In this document: positions 17,340 to 28,445 of the stretch, piece after piece | How the letters are laid out: the number at the start of each line of letters is the position of its first letter | Position numbering within the stretch: the stretch's first letter is position 1 | Assembly (NCBI GenBank): GCA_016783605.1 | Contig: JADHWG010000002.1 | Span: 107 to 64,106, forward strand | Length of the DNA: 64,000 nt | Direction of reading: 5' to 3' | Source of the DNA: Candidatus Omnitrophota bacterium | GTDB taxonomy: Bacteria > Omnitrophota > Gorgyraeia > Tantalellales > Tantalellaceae | Program-made: the position numbers and the translations under genes | The notes under the pieces: generated by a model | The model's input: only the letters and a program-made list of their open reading frames with translations | The model's database searches: none | What the model was told of the DNA's origin: nothing

Positions 17340-18890
17340 GTGCAGATTAAAAGAGCGTTGATAAGTGTCTCGGATAAGACCGGTTTGGAGAAACTTGTAA
17401 AAACTTTGGATCGGTTCGGAGTGGAGATCATGTCTACCGGCGGAACAGCCAAGGTGATCGCTTCTTTCGGCGTCAAGGTTAGGGAGGTGACGGATTATAC
17501 CGTGTTTCCCGAGATGCTCGAAGGAAGGGTGAAGACGCTTCATCCGAAAGTGCACGCGGCTCTATTGGCATTACGGGAAAACTCGCGGCATATGAGAGAA
17601 TTGGACGAAAATGAAGTTCTTCCGATAGATATGGTTGTTGTGAATTTGTATCCTTTCGAAAAAGTGTCGCGTGAGGAAGACTCCTTGCTCGAGGAAGCGC
17701 TCCGAAATATCGATATCGGCGGTCCGGCAATACTCAGAAGCGGCGCGAAAAATTTTAAGTCTGTTGCCGTTATAAGTTCGATCTCGCAATATAAAACGAT
17801 AGGAGAGCTTCTTGAAAAGAATAATTGCAGACTGAAAGAAGATGTTTTAAAAACATTAGCCTCCGCCGCGTTCGATCGGATCTCGATCTATGACGCGGCT
17901 ATCGGCGAGTTTTTGTCGAGGGAAAGTTCGGAGAAAAGTGAATTTCCGCCGGTTTTGAGGATAAAGGCGCGCAAAGTAAAGAGTTTGAGATATGGTGAAA
18001 ATCCGCACCAGGCGGCGGCATTTTATAGCGATTCTTCGAGTGAGAACGACGCGCCGATAGAACAGATGCAAGGCAAGGAACTTTCTTTCAATAACATAAT
18101 GGACGTCGATTCAGCTTATAACATCGTCAGTGACCTTACAAAGTCCGCCGCGTGTATCGTTAAACATAATAATCCGTGCGGCGCGGCCCAGGCCGACAGT
18201 TTGACCGCGGCTTATTTGGATGCTCTGGCGTGTGACCGAATGAGCGCGTTTGGGGGGATAATTGCTTTTAACAGGTCGCTTGACAAACAAACGGCTGAGG
18301 TTATATTGAACGAATCTATTTTTATTGAATGCATAGCGGCGCCGGGATATGAAGAAGGCGCGGTGGAGGTGTTTAGATCCAAAAAGAATGTCCGAGTTTT
18401 AAAAATGCCCCGGATAGGGGCCGCGCGGAGTGAAGAAATTGATCTAAAAAAAGTTCGCGGCGGATTTCTTGTTCAAAAGGCTGACATGAAACGGACCAGC
18501 CTCAAGGAAATAAAAGTTGTTACAAAAAAGAAAGTTCCGAAAGAATTATTGGAAGCTTTACTTTTTAGTTGGCGAATCGTGAAACATGTAAAAAGTAACG
18601 CGATCGTGCTCGCGGCGGGAACAAAAACCGTAGGTATCGGCGCGGGACAGATGTCACGAGTGGATTCGGTTCGGATCGCGATAGAAAAATCCGGAGGGAA
18701 AGCCGCCGGTGCCGTTCTTGCCAGTGACGCGTTCTTTCCGCAAGCGGATTCGATCGAACTGGCGCATGAGGCCGGTATTTCCGCTATCATTCAACCCGGC
18801 GGTTCCATACGGGATAAGGAAGTGATCGAAGCGGCGGATCGAAGCGGTATTCCCATGGTTTTTACGGGTGTGAGACATTTTAAACATTAG
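17340..18890 (+). CDS. purH: Bifunctional AICAR transformylase/IMP cyclohydrolase
   Basis: RALISVSDK, GRVKTLHP, LRYGENPHQ, ASDAFFP, FTGVRHFKH. Confidence 0.98.
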   Translation: MQIKRALISVSDKTGLEKLVKTLDRFGVEIMSTGGTAKVIASFGVKVREVTDYTVFPEMLEGRVKTLHPKVHAALLALRENSRHMRELDENEVLPIDMVVVNLYPFEKVSREEDSLLEEALRNIDIGGPAILRSGAKNFKSVAVISSISQYKTIGELLEKNNCRLKEDVLKTLASAAFDRISIYDAAIGEFLSRESSEKSEFPPVLRIKARKVKSLRYGENPHQAAAFYSDSSSENDAPIEQMQGKELSFNNIMDVDSAYNIVSDLTKSAACIVKHNNPCGAAQADSLTAAYLDALACDRMSAFGGIIAFNRSLDKQTAEVILNESIFIECIAAPGYEEGAVEVFRSKKNVRVLKMPRIGAARSEEIDLKKVRGGFLVQKADMKRTSLKEIKVVTKKKVPKELLEALLFSWRIVKHVKSNAIVLAAGTKTVGIGAGQMSRVDSVRIAIEKSGGKAAGAVLASDAFFPQADSIELAHEAGISAIIQPGGSIRDKEVIEAADRSGIPMVFTGVRHFKH

Positions 18891-18940
18891 GACGTTTTGA
18901 GTCGGGTCAAATACAACAATCGTATATTGCCCCCGTCAAA

Positions 18941-18998
18941 CAACCTCGTAGGTTGAACCTCGTAGGTTGAACCTACGAGGTTCAACCTACGAGGTTGT
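18941..18998. repeat. Four adjacent AACCTCGTAGGTT/AACCTACGAGGTT units forming a nested palindrome
   Basis: caacctcgtaggttgaacctcgtaggttgaacctacgaggttcaacctacgaggttg. Confidence 0.85.
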
Positions 18999-19045
18999 TT
19001 GGCGGGTTGCTCTCCGATTCCATCTTTTTTAAAATCTGCAATAAC

Positions 19046-20416
19046 ATGATAAGATCTTATAAAGAAACACTTAAGGAGCTTGACTCGTTTACGAACTATG
19101 AGAATATCGGGTTTGGCGATATTAGAGAAGAATTTAATCTTGATAAATTGCGTCAAGTTCTGAAAAAGATCGGTAATCCCGAGCGGAATTACCGTGTTAT
19201 CCATATCGCGGGGACAAAAGGGAAAGGTTCTATTTGTTGTTTTGTCTCTTCCGTTTTAAGAGAAGCCGGGATGAGTACCGGGCTTTTTCTTTCACCGCAC
19301 ATAATCACGCCAAGAGAACGAATTCAAGTAAACGGCGAAATTATCAGCGAAAATGAGTTCGCCGAAATTTTTAATTATTTGATGGAGTATCTTGATCAGC
19401 CGGCAAATGAGAAATATACGTTTTTTGAAATGTATACGATGGTCGCGTTTGAATATTTCAGCCGTAAAAAAGTAGATTTTGCGGTTATTGAAGTTGGTAT
19501 GGGTGGACGGCTTGACGCGACTAACGTGGCGCGCGGAGAATTTTGCGGAATAAGTCCGATAAGTTATGATCATACTCAGGTTTTGGGAAACTCTATTCGC
19601 GCGATCGCCGAGGAAAAATCGGCGATCATTAAACCGGGCGCGTATTGTGTGAGTTCTCCTCAGCGGCCGGACGCGGAGCGTGTTATAAAAAAAAGGTGTT
19701 TGGAAAATAACGCCGAATTGGTTTTAGCCGGTAGAGATCTAAAATATGAGGTCGATAGTGTATCCGAAGGAGGGAGTTTTTTTGATTTCGGCGGTGTCTA
19801 TGAAAGTTATAAAAATGTCAAAACGTCTCTTGCGGGAATTTTTCAAGTTGATAATGCCGTAACGGCTTTAGGAATATGTGAAAAAGTGTTGTCCGGCATG
19901 CCCGGGCTGGGGAATATTTTAAAACGAGGTATAAAAAACGCGTATATTCCCGGCAGGATGGAAGTTTTGTGTAAAAAACCGTATTTTGTGGCGGATGGGG
20001 CGCAAAACGCGGATAGTGCCGCCAATTTAAAAAAATCTGTTGAACAGATCTTTAAATATGATAAGTTGATACTCCTATTGGGGATGAGTCGAGACAAGGA
20101 TATTGAGGGTGTTTGCCGGCTTTTGGGACCATTTGCCGAAAAAATAGTGTTAACGCGCGCTTTGAGCGCGCGAGCGGCGGACCCCGGCGTGATAAGAGGC
20201 CATATCGAAAATAAACAGGTTAAAGTTACCGCCAATGTGACAGACGGTGTGAAAGAGGCGTTTAATCTCGCCGGCAAAAATGATATGATACTTGCAGCCG
20301 GTTCTTTTTTTGTTGTCGCCCAGGCGCGATGTATTGTGAAGGGGAGTTTTGCATATAGTTTGGGGCTGTCGCAAAATACCCACCCATGTCATCCTCGCGA
20401 ACGCGGGGATCTATAA
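19046..20416 (+). CDS. folC: Folylpolyglutamate/dihydrofolate synthase; C-terminus runs into a MITE
   Basis: IHIAGTKGKGS, EVGMGGRLDATN, ISYDH, AGSFF. Confidence 0.95.
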   Translation: MIRSYKETLKELDSFTNYENIGFGDIREEFNLDKLRQVLKKIGNPERNYRVIHIAGTKGKGSICCFVSSVLREAGMSTGLFLSPHIITPRERIQVNGEIISENEFAEIFNYLMEYLDQPANEKYTFFEMYTMVAFEYFSRKKVDFAVIEVGMGGRLDATNVARGEFCGISPISYDHTQVLGNSIRAIAEEKSAIIKPGAYCVSSPQRPDAERVIKKRCLENNAELVLAGRDLKYEVDSVSEGGSFFDFGGVYESYKNVKTSLAGIFQVDNAVTALGICEKVLSGMPGLGNILKRGIKNAYIPGRMEVLCKKPYFVADGAQNADSAANLKKSVEQIFKYDKLILLLGMSRDKDIEGVCRLLGPFAEKIVLTRALSARAADPGVIRGHIENKQVKVTANVTDGVKEAFNLAGKNDMILAAGSFFVVAQARCIVKGSFAYSLGLSQNTHPCHPRERGDL

Positions 20417-20469
20417 GCCTAAGAAACACAATATGTTATAGATCCCCGCGTTCGCGAGGATGACAGAAA
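20362..20469. mobile_element. MITE family A copy overlapping the folC 3' end
   Basis: GGGGCTGTCGCAAAATACC...GTCATCCTCGCG...CGCGAGGATGACAG; right end eroded. Confidence 0.7.
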
Positions 20470-20592
20470 GTGGAATGGAGTTTTCGCTATATATCACAGG
20501 TTACAGGTTTTAGAATTTTGTGTGTTTAGCGTGCAACCTGCAACTTGTAACTTGTAACCTGATCTGGTGCAATGAAAATGGTGGGTGTTGTT

Positions 20593-21975
20593 ATGAATAA
20601 TGATACTATAGCGGCGATATCTACCCCGGAGGGTGCCGGAGGCATAAGCATAGTACGCTTAAGCGGGAAAGACGCGCTGAAGATCGCGGACAGGGTTTTT
20701 TCGTCTTCCGGCGGGAAAGCGCCATCGACATATAAGAGCCATACGGTACGGCACGGCTATGTAAACGCGCCGGATACGAAAGAGGCGATCGACGAAGTTA
20801 TTTTAACCGTTATGCTCTCTCCCAAAACTTACACGCGTGAAGATATCGTTGAAATTAATTGTCACGGTGGAATGGTATTTTCTAAAAAAGTGCTTGAAGT
20901 GTGTCTTGTGGAAGGCGCGCGGCTTGCCGCGCCGGGAGAATTTACGAGGAGAGCTTTTCTGAACGGAAGAATAGATCTGTCTCAGGCAGAAGCGGTGATG
21001 GATGCAATAAAGTCGGAAACGGATCTGGCCGGTAAAGTTGCCGCCAGGCATCTTACCGGTGAATTTTCAAAGAGCCTGCGGAATTTTAGAGACGCGATAA
21101 TCGAGATATTATCGATGGTGGAGCTTGCCATAGATTTTTCGGAAGAAGATGTGGCTTTTGCGCGCAAAGAGGAAATAGCGAAACGTCTTAGTGAGGTGAG
21201 AGATTCGATCTTGAACTTGATTCGGACGGCGGACGCGGGGATGATCCTTTCTTCGGGCGCCAGTATTGTTATCTCAGGCAGACCGAATGTCGGTAAGTCC
21301 AGTTTAATGAACGCTCTTTTACGAAAAAACCGTGTTATTGTCGCGCCGACTTCCGGAACTACCAGAGACATTATCGAAGAGAGCGCGAATATCGGCGGAG
21401 TAAAGGTTTCGTTGGCGGATACCGCCGGAATAATAGATACGGAAGACAAAATAGAAAAAGAAGGTGTAAAAAGGTCTTTTGAAAAATTGGAACTTTCCGA
21501 TATCGTGATATTCATGATGGACTATAGCCGGAAGTTATCTCCGAGAGACGAGAAAATATATAGGAAGATCAAACACAAAAATGTGATAATTGTGGTCAAT
21601 AAAACGGATCTTGCTAAGAAGCTGGATATGGGTGAAACTGAAAGAATGTTCGCGCCGGAAAAAGTTTTAAAGCTGTCCATTTTAAAGAAAAAAGGGTTTA
21701 ATGCTGTGGAAAACGCGATCAAGCAAAAGCTGTTCGGCGGAAAAATAAAATTTCCCGAAGAATGCGTGGTGACGAATCTTCGGCACAAAAAAATATTGGA
21801 GAAAACGCTGAAAGCGGTAGAACGCGCGAGGAAAGTAACGAACGGTGAATACAACGAAGAACTTCTCGCGAGCGATTTGAACGAAGCTGTCTACGAGTTA
21901 GGTTTGATCACGGGAGAAACCGCGACAAGCGAAGTGCTAGACAAAATTTTCTCCCGGTTTTGTATTGGTAAGTGA
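20593..21975 (+). CDS. mnmE: tRNA modification GTPase MnmE
   Basis: DTIAAIST, GEFTRRAFLNG, GRPNVGKSS, C-terminal FCIGK. Confidence 0.97.
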   Translation: MNNDTIAAISTPEGAGGISIVRLSGKDALKIADRVFSSSGGKAPSTYKSHTVRHGYVNAPDTKEAIDEVILTVMLSPKTYTREDIVEINCHGGMVFSKKVLEVCLVEGARLAAPGEFTRRAFLNGRIDLSQAEAVMDAIKSETDLAGKVAARHLTGEFSKSLRNFRDAIIEILSMVELAIDFSEEDVAFARKEEIAKRLSEVRDSILNLIRTADAGMILSSGASIVISGRPNVGKSSLMNALLRKNRVIVAPTSGTTRDIIEESANIGGVKVSLADTAGIIDTEDKIEKEGVKRSFEKLELSDIVIFMMDYSRKLSPRDEKIYRKIKHKNVIIVVNKTDLAKKLDMGETERMFAPEKVLKLSILKKKGFNAVENAIKQKLFGGKIKFPEECVVTNLRHKKILEKTLKAVERARKVTNGEYNEELLASDLNEAVYELGLITGETATSEVLDKIFSRFCIGK

Positions 21976-22029
21976 ATGAGACTTGCCTTTTGGGTGGCGC
22001 AAAGCGCCCCCCAAAAGGCTTAGCCGAAT

Positions 22030-22385
22030 TCATCCCCGCGAAAGCGGGGATCCAGTACTGAGCAACCTCGCAGTGTAAGTTTAATTCCACCCACGAGGTT
22101 ATAACGATTGTGACCTGTTTTTGTTAGTTGGTTTTCGCTATTTTTATATTATAGATTCCCGCCTTCGCGAGAATGACAATATGATGCGCGGGAATGACAC
22201 TCCACCTCATTGTCATCCCCGCGCAAGCGGGGATCTAGAACCGAGCAACCTCGCAGTTTGATTTTACTCCACCCCACGAGGTTGAAATGATAGTGTTACG
22301 TTTTTGTTAGTTGGTTTTTGTTATTTTCATATTATAGATTCCCGCGTGCGCGGGAATGACAATAATGGTGTGCGGGAATTACAAT
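22030..22385. repeat. Two diverged tandem copies of a roughly 180-bp CATCCCCGCG..GCGGGGATC / GATTCCCGC..GGGAATGAC element
   Basis: Units at about 22030-22200 and 22212-22385 align along their length. Confidence 0.75.
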
Positions 22386-22489
22386 TCACACCGTGGAAAT
22401 GGTGAATGATCTTTTAGTGTAGGGACGGATCCGCGTGTGGGTTTGTGAACGCTTGAGATATTAAAAATAGAGGAAGAGGAGGATACAAA

Positions 22490-23053
22490 ATGGATAAGAA
22501 AAAAATAGAAAAAGCCGTAAAGGATATATTGGAAGCGGTTGGAGATAATCCTGAAAGAGAAGGGCTTAAAAACACACCTAAGCGAGTTGCCCAAATGTAT
22601 GAAGAGATATTTGGGGGAATGGACAGGAATCCCGACGATGATCTTGAGGTGTTTTTTGAGAAAGAGCATGATGAAATAATTTTGCTCAAGGGAATCCCTT
22701 TATATTCCATTTGCGAACATCATATGGTTCCGTTTGTAGGTAAAGCGCATGTCGCGTATATTCCCGGCGATAACAAGATCACGGGTTTGAGTAAAATTGC
22801 CAGGGTTGTCGATACATTGTCCAGAAGACTTCAGGTGCAGGAACGGCTTACGACTGAAATAGCGGAAGTTCTTATGCGTAAGCTGACCCCTCGCGGAGTG
22901 CTTGTGGTGGTTGAAGCGGAGCATCTTTGTATGAGTATGAGGGGCGTGAAAAAACCCGGAATCATGACTATGACAAGTGCGGTAAGGGGCGTGTTCCGAA
23001 CAAGTCAAAAGACCCGTTCAGAGGCGTTGTCTCTTATCAGACACCGCGGATAG
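22490..23053 (+). CDS. folE: GTP cyclohydrolase I
   Basis: [29 protein letters not shown]. Confidence 0.97.
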   Translation: MDKKKIEKAVKDILEAVGDNPEREGLKNTPKRVAQMYEEIFGGMDRNPDDDLEVFFEKEHDEIILLKGIPLYSICEHHMVPFVGKAHVAYIPGDNKITGLSKIARVVDTLSRRLQVQERLTTEIAEVLMRKLTPRGVLVVVEAEHLCMSMRGVKKPGIMTMTSAVRGVFRTSQKTRSEALSLIRHRG

Positions 23054-23084
23054 TTCCCCAAAACAACCTAGGGTTGTTTTGGGG

Positions 23085-23233
23085 CGTATATCGTATGTCG
23101 CATATCGTATATCGAAGAACAGTATGTCGTATGTCGCATATGGTATGTCGTGAAGAACTTTTTCCGCCGAAGGCGGACCCGCCTCCGGCGGGGATTTTCT
23201 TGCGATATACGATATGCGACATACGACATACGA
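23085..23233. repeat. Heptamer (CGTATAT/CGTATGT)-flanked GC hairpin element
   Basis: Near-perfect inverted copy at 24808-24950. Confidence 0.8.
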
Positions 23234-23351
23234 AAATCAACCTGTAAGGTTGATTTTTTGGGGTGCATATAATATAATTATACGCAATATCGGTGTCGGG
23301 TCGTAGCCGAAAAGAGTTGTTAAAAACCAGAGGATATTAAAAGGGATTAAT

Positions 23352-23813
23352 ATGGCTAAATATGGGGTTTTATGGCAATTGGTGCATAACAAGGTTGTCG
23401 TGGCTACTTTTATGGGGTGGTTTACGGCTCAGATAATCAAGGTTATTAGCGGAGTGGTAAGAGAGAGGCGGTTTAATTTTAAATGGTTTGTCGGAACCGG
23501 AGGCATGCCGAGTTCTCATGCCGCGGGTGTGGCGGCGCTAACGACAAGTGTTGGTATGTACGAAGGTGTGAGTACGGCGCTTTTCGGAGTGACGCTTCTT
23601 TTTTGTGTTATCGTGATATGTGACGCGCAGGGAGTCCGGCGCGCGTCCGGGAAACAGGCCGAGATCTTAAATACGATAATGGACGACATATATTGGAAAA
23701 AAAAGATACAGGAAGAAAAACTTAAGGAACTTTTAGGGCATACTCCTATCCAAGTGTGGGCGGGAATATTGATAGGGATCGGTGTTGCCGGTGGACTGTA
23801 TTTCATAAAATAG
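23352..23813 (+). CDS. Divergent PAP2 family membrane protein (DUF212)
   Basis: GGMPSSH, DAQGVRR, LKELLGHTP. Confidence 0.92.
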   Translation: MAKYGVLWQLVHNKVVVATFMGWFTAQIIKVISGVVRERRFNFKWFVGTGGMPSSHAAGVAALTTSVGMYEGVSTALFGVTLLFCVIVICDAQGVRRASGKQAEILNTIMDDIYWKKKIQEEKLKELLGHTPIQVWAGILIGIGVAGGLYFIK

Positions 23814-23882
23814 GGCACGTAAGTCTCCCGATTTTTTTTGTTCAAGGGGAGAAGCCATCGAATACTGAAAAGGACAAATTTT

Positions 23883-24806
23883 GTGAAGAAAATAATTTGG
23901 GTAGGGATAGTTATTACGGTGTTTATTATTACCGGAGTGTCGTTTATCGTTATGAAGCGTGTTGATTCCGGAGGGGAGTGTTTTATCAGCCAGGACAAGG
24001 CCGCGCTCATATATCAGAGGGCGGAGGAGTTTATTGAAAACGAAGAATATATCGAGGCGGAAAACGCTTTGTTTACGATCGCTACCGAATATCCGGACTC
24101 TTTTTACGCGGGTAAATCTCTCAGGAAAGTTGCCGAATTTTATATTGAAAACAACGACTATAAATCCGCGCGGGACATATACAAACGTCTTCTTCTCGAT
24201 TTTCCCGGATTTCAAGCCGCGGCCGAGATCCGTTCCGACATCGAAAAGTTGAATATGAGAATTATGTTTTCGCCTACGATAGCGGAAAACAGTGTCGAAT
24301 ATGAAATTCAATCCGGAGACACTCTTTACAGTATCTCAAAAAAATTTAATACCACGGTTGAACTTTTAAAAAAGGCGAATGAGCTTCAAGGCAATTTAAT
24401 ACGTCCCGGTCAACATATCAAGATAATCTTATTGGAATTTTCAATTTTTGTGGATAAATCATCAAACACTCTCACCCTTAACGGTGACGAAGATATTATC
24501 AAGACATATAGCGTTTCAACCGGAAAAGATAACAGTACCCCTGTGGGTACGTTTGAAATTGAAGAAAAAATGGTAAAACCCCTTTGGTACAAAGTTGGCT
24601 CGGTCGTATCGGCCGATAGCGAAGAATATGAGCTCGGAACAAGATGGATGGGACTTTCTGTTGAGGGATATGGAATACATGGAACTTCGGATGAAAACAG
24701 TATTGGAAAACAGGTTACGCAAGGTTGTGTTCGAATGTACAACGATGATATTATTGAACTCTATACGGTTATCCCGAGCGGAACAAAAGTGGTTATAGTA
24801 GATTAA
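23883..24806 (+). CDS. L,D-transpeptidase with N-terminal anchor, TPR-like and LysM domains
   Basis: LysM GDTLYSISKKF; YkuD motif YGIHGT...TQGCVRM. Confidence 0.92.
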   Translation: MKKIIWVGIVITVFIITGVSFIVMKRVDSGGECFISQDKAALIYQRAEEFIENEEYIEAENALFTIATEYPDSFYAGKSLRKVAEFYIENNDYKSARDIYKRLLLDFPGFQAAAEIRSDIEKLNMRIMFSPTIAENSVEYEIQSGDTLYSISKKFNTTVELLKKANELQGNLIRPGQHIKIILLEFSIFVDKSSNTLTLNGDEDIIKTYSVSTGKDNSTPVGTFEIEEKMVKPLWYKVGSVVSADSEEYELGTRWMGLSVEGYGIHGTSDENSIGKQVTQGCVRMYNDDIIELYTVIPSGTKVVIVD

Positions 24807-24807
24807 T

Positions 24808-24950
24808 CGCATGTCGTATGTCGCATATCGTATATCGCAAGAAAATCCCCGCCGGAGGCGGGTCCGCCTTCGGCGGAAAAAGTTCTTCACGACATACCAT
24901 ATACGACATACTGTTCTTCGATATACGATATGCGACATACGACATACGAT
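24808..24950. repeat. Inverted copy of the 23085-23233 element
   Basis: Reverse-complement match lacking about one heptamer unit. Confidence 0.8.
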
Positions 24951-24971
24951 AAAAAAGGTGAGACAAAAAAT

Positions 24972-25934
24972 ATGGCGATAATGCTTGAATTTGAAAAACC
25001 CATAGTGGAACTGGAAAACAAGATCGAAGAGCTTAAAAAGTTTACAAAAGATGAGCAGATCGATTTTTCCAAAGAGATAGAGCGTTTAACGGCGCGGCTT
25101 GAAACGCTTCGAAAGGAAATTTTCAGCAACCTTACGTCTTGGCAAAAAGTTCAGATCGCGCGTCATCCCGATCGTCCTTACACGATGGATTATATCAACA
25201 TGATCACGGAAGATTTTATTGAAATACACGGCGATCGGCATTTCGCCGATGACAGGGCGCTTGTGGGCGGTCTGGTCAAACTTGCCGGACAAAAAATGGT
25301 GGTTTTGGGACATCAAAAAGGCCGGGATATGGCTGAAAATATGGAAAAGAATTTTGGATGCGCTCATCCCGAAGGATATCGTAAAGCCATGCGTATTATG
25401 AGGATGGCGGAAAAATATAATTTGCCCATAATTACGTTCATTGACACTCCCGGGGCGTATCCCGGAATAGGAGCTGAAGAACGCGGGCAGGCGGAAGCGA
25501 TCGCTCATAACCTTAGAGAAATGTTTGCCCTTAAGGTGCCGATCATTGTGTTTGTGATAGGGGAAGGTGGGTCCGGCGGGGCTTTAGGCATAGGGATAGG
25601 CGATAGGATATTTGTTTTGGAAAACGCGTATTATTCGGTGATTTCGCCTGAAGGATGTGCCGCGATTCTTTGGAGAGAGAGAGCAAAAGCTCCTTCCGCG
25701 GCGGAAGCGTTAAAACTTACGGCGCCGGAACTTTTGAAACTAGGAATAATTGATGGAATAATTCCGGAACCTTTGGGCGCGGCGCACAGGGAGCCTCAAA
25801 AAACGGCTGAAGAAATAAAGCGCGCGGCGATAAAGAGTCTTAATGAACTTTTTGCTCTTTCTCCGGAAGAGCTTTTGTCAAAACGGTATGAAAAATATAG
25901 AAATATCGGTGTTTACAACGAAGGACACGTATAA
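24972..25934 (+). CDS. accA: Acetyl-CoA carboxylase carboxyltransferase alpha subunit
   Basis: [30 protein letters not shown]. Confidence 0.98.
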   Translation: MAIMLEFEKPIVELENKIEELKKFTKDEQIDFSKEIERLTARLETLRKEIFSNLTSWQKVQIARHPDRPYTMDYINMITEDFIEIHGDRHFADDRALVGGLVKLAGQKMVVLGHQKGRDMAENMEKNFGCAHPEGYRKAMRIMRMAEKYNLPIITFIDTPGAYPGIGAEERGQAEAIAHNLREMFALKVPIIVFVIGEGGSGGALGIGIGDRIFVLENAYYSVISPEGCAAILWRERAKAPSAAEALKLTAPELLKLGIIDGIIPEPLGAAHREPQKTAEEIKRAAIKSLNELFALSPEELLSKRYEKYRNIGVYNEGHV

Positions 25935-25935
25935 A

Positions 25936-26343
25936 ATGGTAAAAAACGTAATTCCGACCAATAGCCGTCTCTTGAAAAAAATAAGCAAAAAACTGATCAA
26001 GCTTTTAAAAAAAGCGGAAATTGATGAAGAAATTATTTTTGATATTCACGTGAGTTTGGAAGAGGCTCTTCGAAACGCGATGATGCACGGGAATAAATTG
26101 GATATCAGAAAAAAAATTATGGTCGAGGCGGAACTCGAGCCGAGCATTATGAAAATAGCCGTAGAAGACGAAGGAGGAGGGTTTAATCCGTCAAAACTTC
26201 CCGATCCGACGCATAGCGAAAATCTTCTTAAAGAAAACGGAAGAGGCATATATTTGATGAGGCATCTTATGGATGAAGTGAAGTTTGAAAATTCGGGCCG
26301 CAGAGTTACAATGACAAAGTATCTCGGCACAAAACAATTATAG
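25936..26343 (+). CDS. RsbW-like anti-sigma factor / Ser kinase (HATPase)
   Basis: EALRNAMMHGN, DEGGGF, GRGIYLM. Confidence 0.9.
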   Translation: MVKNVIPTNSRLLKKISKKLIKLLKKAEIDEEIIFDIHVSLEEALRNAMMHGNKLDIRKKIMVEAELEPSIMKIAVEDEGGGFNPSKLPDPTHSENLLKENGRGIYLMRHLMDEVKFENSGRRVTMTKYLGTKQL

Positions 26344-26355
26344 ATAAGGGGCGGT

Positions 26356-26691
26356 ATGGAAATTAGCGTGGAGGAAAAAAAAGGGATATCGATCTTTAGG
26401 ATGACCGGAGACATCGACATCAATACCGCTCCGGAGTTGAAAACTTCTTTTGATGAGATGGCAAAGCGCTCGGGAATAAAGGTGATACTGAATTTAAAAA
26501 AAGTTGATTACGTGGATAGTTCCGGACTTGCCACGATGGTTGAAATTTTGAAAAAACTGCGCGATAATAACGGAAGTCTTAAAGTGACAAATCTTTCCGC
26601 GAAAGTTAAAGGGCTTTTTGAAATTACAAAGTTAACACAGCTTTTTGATATATTTAATGAAGAAGATGAAGCAGTTAATTCGTTTGGATAA
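26356..26691 (+). CDS. STAS-domain anti-anti-sigma factor (RsbV-like)
   Basis: GDIDI...VDYVDSSGL...FEITKL. Confidence 0.92.
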   Translation: MEISVEEKKGISIFRMTGDIDINTAPELKTSFDEMAKRSGIKVILNLKKVDYVDSSGLATMVEILKKLRDNNGSLKVTNLSAKVKGLFEITKLTQLFDIFNEEDEAVNSFG

Positions 26692-26750
26692 GGCGACAAT
26701 TGTTAGACTTTTAAGGAAAAATAAAAGAAAAACAAAAAAAGTTGTGACAA

Positions 26751-27548
26751 ATGACAAATCCGATAGTTGCTATTGGAAAAACTACCATCAATTTTTTTCA
26801 AAATGCTTCCAGTGTATTGTCTCTTTTGGCAACCACGATCTGGTGGTCGGTGTTTGGGCTCTTTAATCGCAAAGCATCAGGCAGCCAGAGTATTTTAAAC
26901 CAAATGGTGTTTGCCGGGGTACAATCTCTCCTTATAGTGTTTTTTATTTCCTTGTTTACAGGTGTTGTGATTGCCATGCAAAGCGCGTATCAGCTTAGAA
27001 CGCTTGGCGCGGTCATATACGTCGCGCCTATGGTTAGCATAAGTATGGTGAGGGAACTCGGTCCGGTTTTTACGGCGCTTATCGTGACCGGAAGAGTCGG
27101 CTCGGCAATAACCGCGGAACTGGGAACGATGAAAGTTTCCGAACAGATCGAGGCCTTGGAAACTATGGCGCTTAGTCCTGTTCGGTTTCTTATTGTGCCG
27201 CGGTTTTTGGCGCTTCTTGTTATGCTTCCGTGTCTTACGGTGATCAGTGATTTTGTGGGGATGTTGGGCGGACTTATCGTTGGAGTGTTTAATCTCGGGC
27301 TTGATCCTTACAGGTATGTGACTTTTTCCTTCAATTTTTTAACATGGAAAGATGTGTGGACGGGACTGGTGAAAAGTGTGGCTTTCGCGACGATCATTTC
27401 CATTATCGCTTGTTACGTTGGGCTTAAAACGCAAGGCGGTGCCGAAGGCGTCGGAAAGGCCACAACTTTGAGTGTTGTTGTCAGTTTTATTTTGATAGTG
27501 GTCTTCGATTGTATTTTGACCGGGCTATTTTATTTTTCCAACATGTGA
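26751..27548 (+). CDS. mlaE: MlaE family ABC permease
   Basis: RELGPV, GSAITAELGTMKVSEQIEAL, GGAEGVG. Confidence 0.93.
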   Translation: MTNPIVAIGKTTINFFQNASSVLSLLATTIWWSVFGLFNRKASGSQSILNQMVFAGVQSLLIVFFISLFTGVVIAMQSAYQLRTLGAVIYVAPMVSISMVRELGPVFTALIVTGRVGSAITAELGTMKVSEQIEALETMALSPVRFLIVPRFLALLVMLPCLTVISDFVGMLGGLIVGVFNLGLDPYRYVTFSFNFLTWKDVWTGLVKSVAFATIISIIACYVGLKTQGGAEGVGKATTLSVVVSFILIVVFDCILTGLFYFSNM

Positions 27549-27602
27549 GGGGTCGGGGAGTTTTTTTTCGACCCCTCATCCTGAGCCAAGCGAAGGATCT
27601 CT
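27546..27602. repeat. Half copy of MITE family B; starts at the mlaE TGA
   Basis: TGAGGGGTCGGGG..CGACCCCTCATCCTGAGC..CGAAGGATCTCT matches the left half of 44407-44545. Confidence 0.7.
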
Positions 27603-27647
27603 CTTGTAGGTTGGAAAGTTCTTTTTACAAACGCGAATGGAAAGAGT

Positions 27648-28445
27648 ATGCGGGAAAAAGAAGTCGTAATTAGAATCGAAAATCTTGTTAAACGATTTCA
27701 GGGGCGGCCTGTTCTGGACGGTGTGAATCTCGAGATCCATAGGGGAGAGACGTTCGTTGTTATCGGCTCGACCGGATGCGGCAAGAGCACGCTTTTACGG
27801 AACATGATAGGCAGTCTTAAACCCGATTCCGGTAAAGTTTTTCTGCTCGGAAACGATATTACGGATCTTCATGAAGATGAACTTGACGATGTTAGGATGA
27901 AGATCGGTATGTCTTTTCAGTCTTCGGCGTTATTTGACTCGATGACCGTCGCGGAAAACGTATCGCTTGGTTTAATTGAACATACGCGTCTTCAGAAAAG
28001 TGTTATCGACATCATCGTAAAAATGAAACTTGAACTTGTCGGACTTCGCGGATTTGAAGACCTTATGCCAAGTGAACTTTCCGGCGGGATGCGCAAGCGT
28101 GTCGGTTTGGCTCGGGCAATTGCCATGGATCCGGAGATAGTTTTTTATGATGAGCCGACTTCCGGGCTTGATCCTATAACTCAAGGCGTGATAGACAAAC
28201 TCATAATAGATCTTTCAAAAAAACTTTCGATCACAAGCGTAGTTGTCACTCATGACATGAAAAGCGCCATGGCGATCGCGGATAAGATTGCCATGCTTTA
28301 TGACGGAAAAATTCTTGAGGTTGGCACCGGTTGTCAGATACAAAAATCCAAGAGCGAAATTGTTCAACAGTTTATAACGGGCTGTCACGACGGACCGATA
28401 CACTTTTTTAAACAAAAAGAAGATTATTTGGATCATTTGGTTTAA
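27648..28445 (+). CDS. mlaF: MlaF family ABC ATPase
   Basis: GSTGCGKS, LSGGMRKRVGLARA, DEPTSGLDP. Confidence 0.93.
   Translation: MREKEVVIRIENLVKRFQGRPVLDGVNLEIHRGETFVVIGSTGCGKSTLLRNMIGSLKPDSGKVFLLGNDITDLHEDELDDVRMKIGMSFQSSALFDSMTVAENVSLGLIEHTRLQKSVIDIIVKMKLELVGLRGFEDLMPSELSGGMRKRVGLARAIAMDPEIVFYDEPTSGLDPITQGVIDKLIIDLSKKLSITSVVVTHDMKSAMAIADKIAMLYDGKILEVGTGCQIQKSKSEIVQQFITGCHDGPIHFFKQKEDYLDHLV

Noticed and set aside
18941-18998. Possible CRISPR array (also 14449-14707 and 22030-22385)
   Set aside because: No constant repeat with unique, regularly sized spacers and no cas genes; these are palindromic or tandem elements
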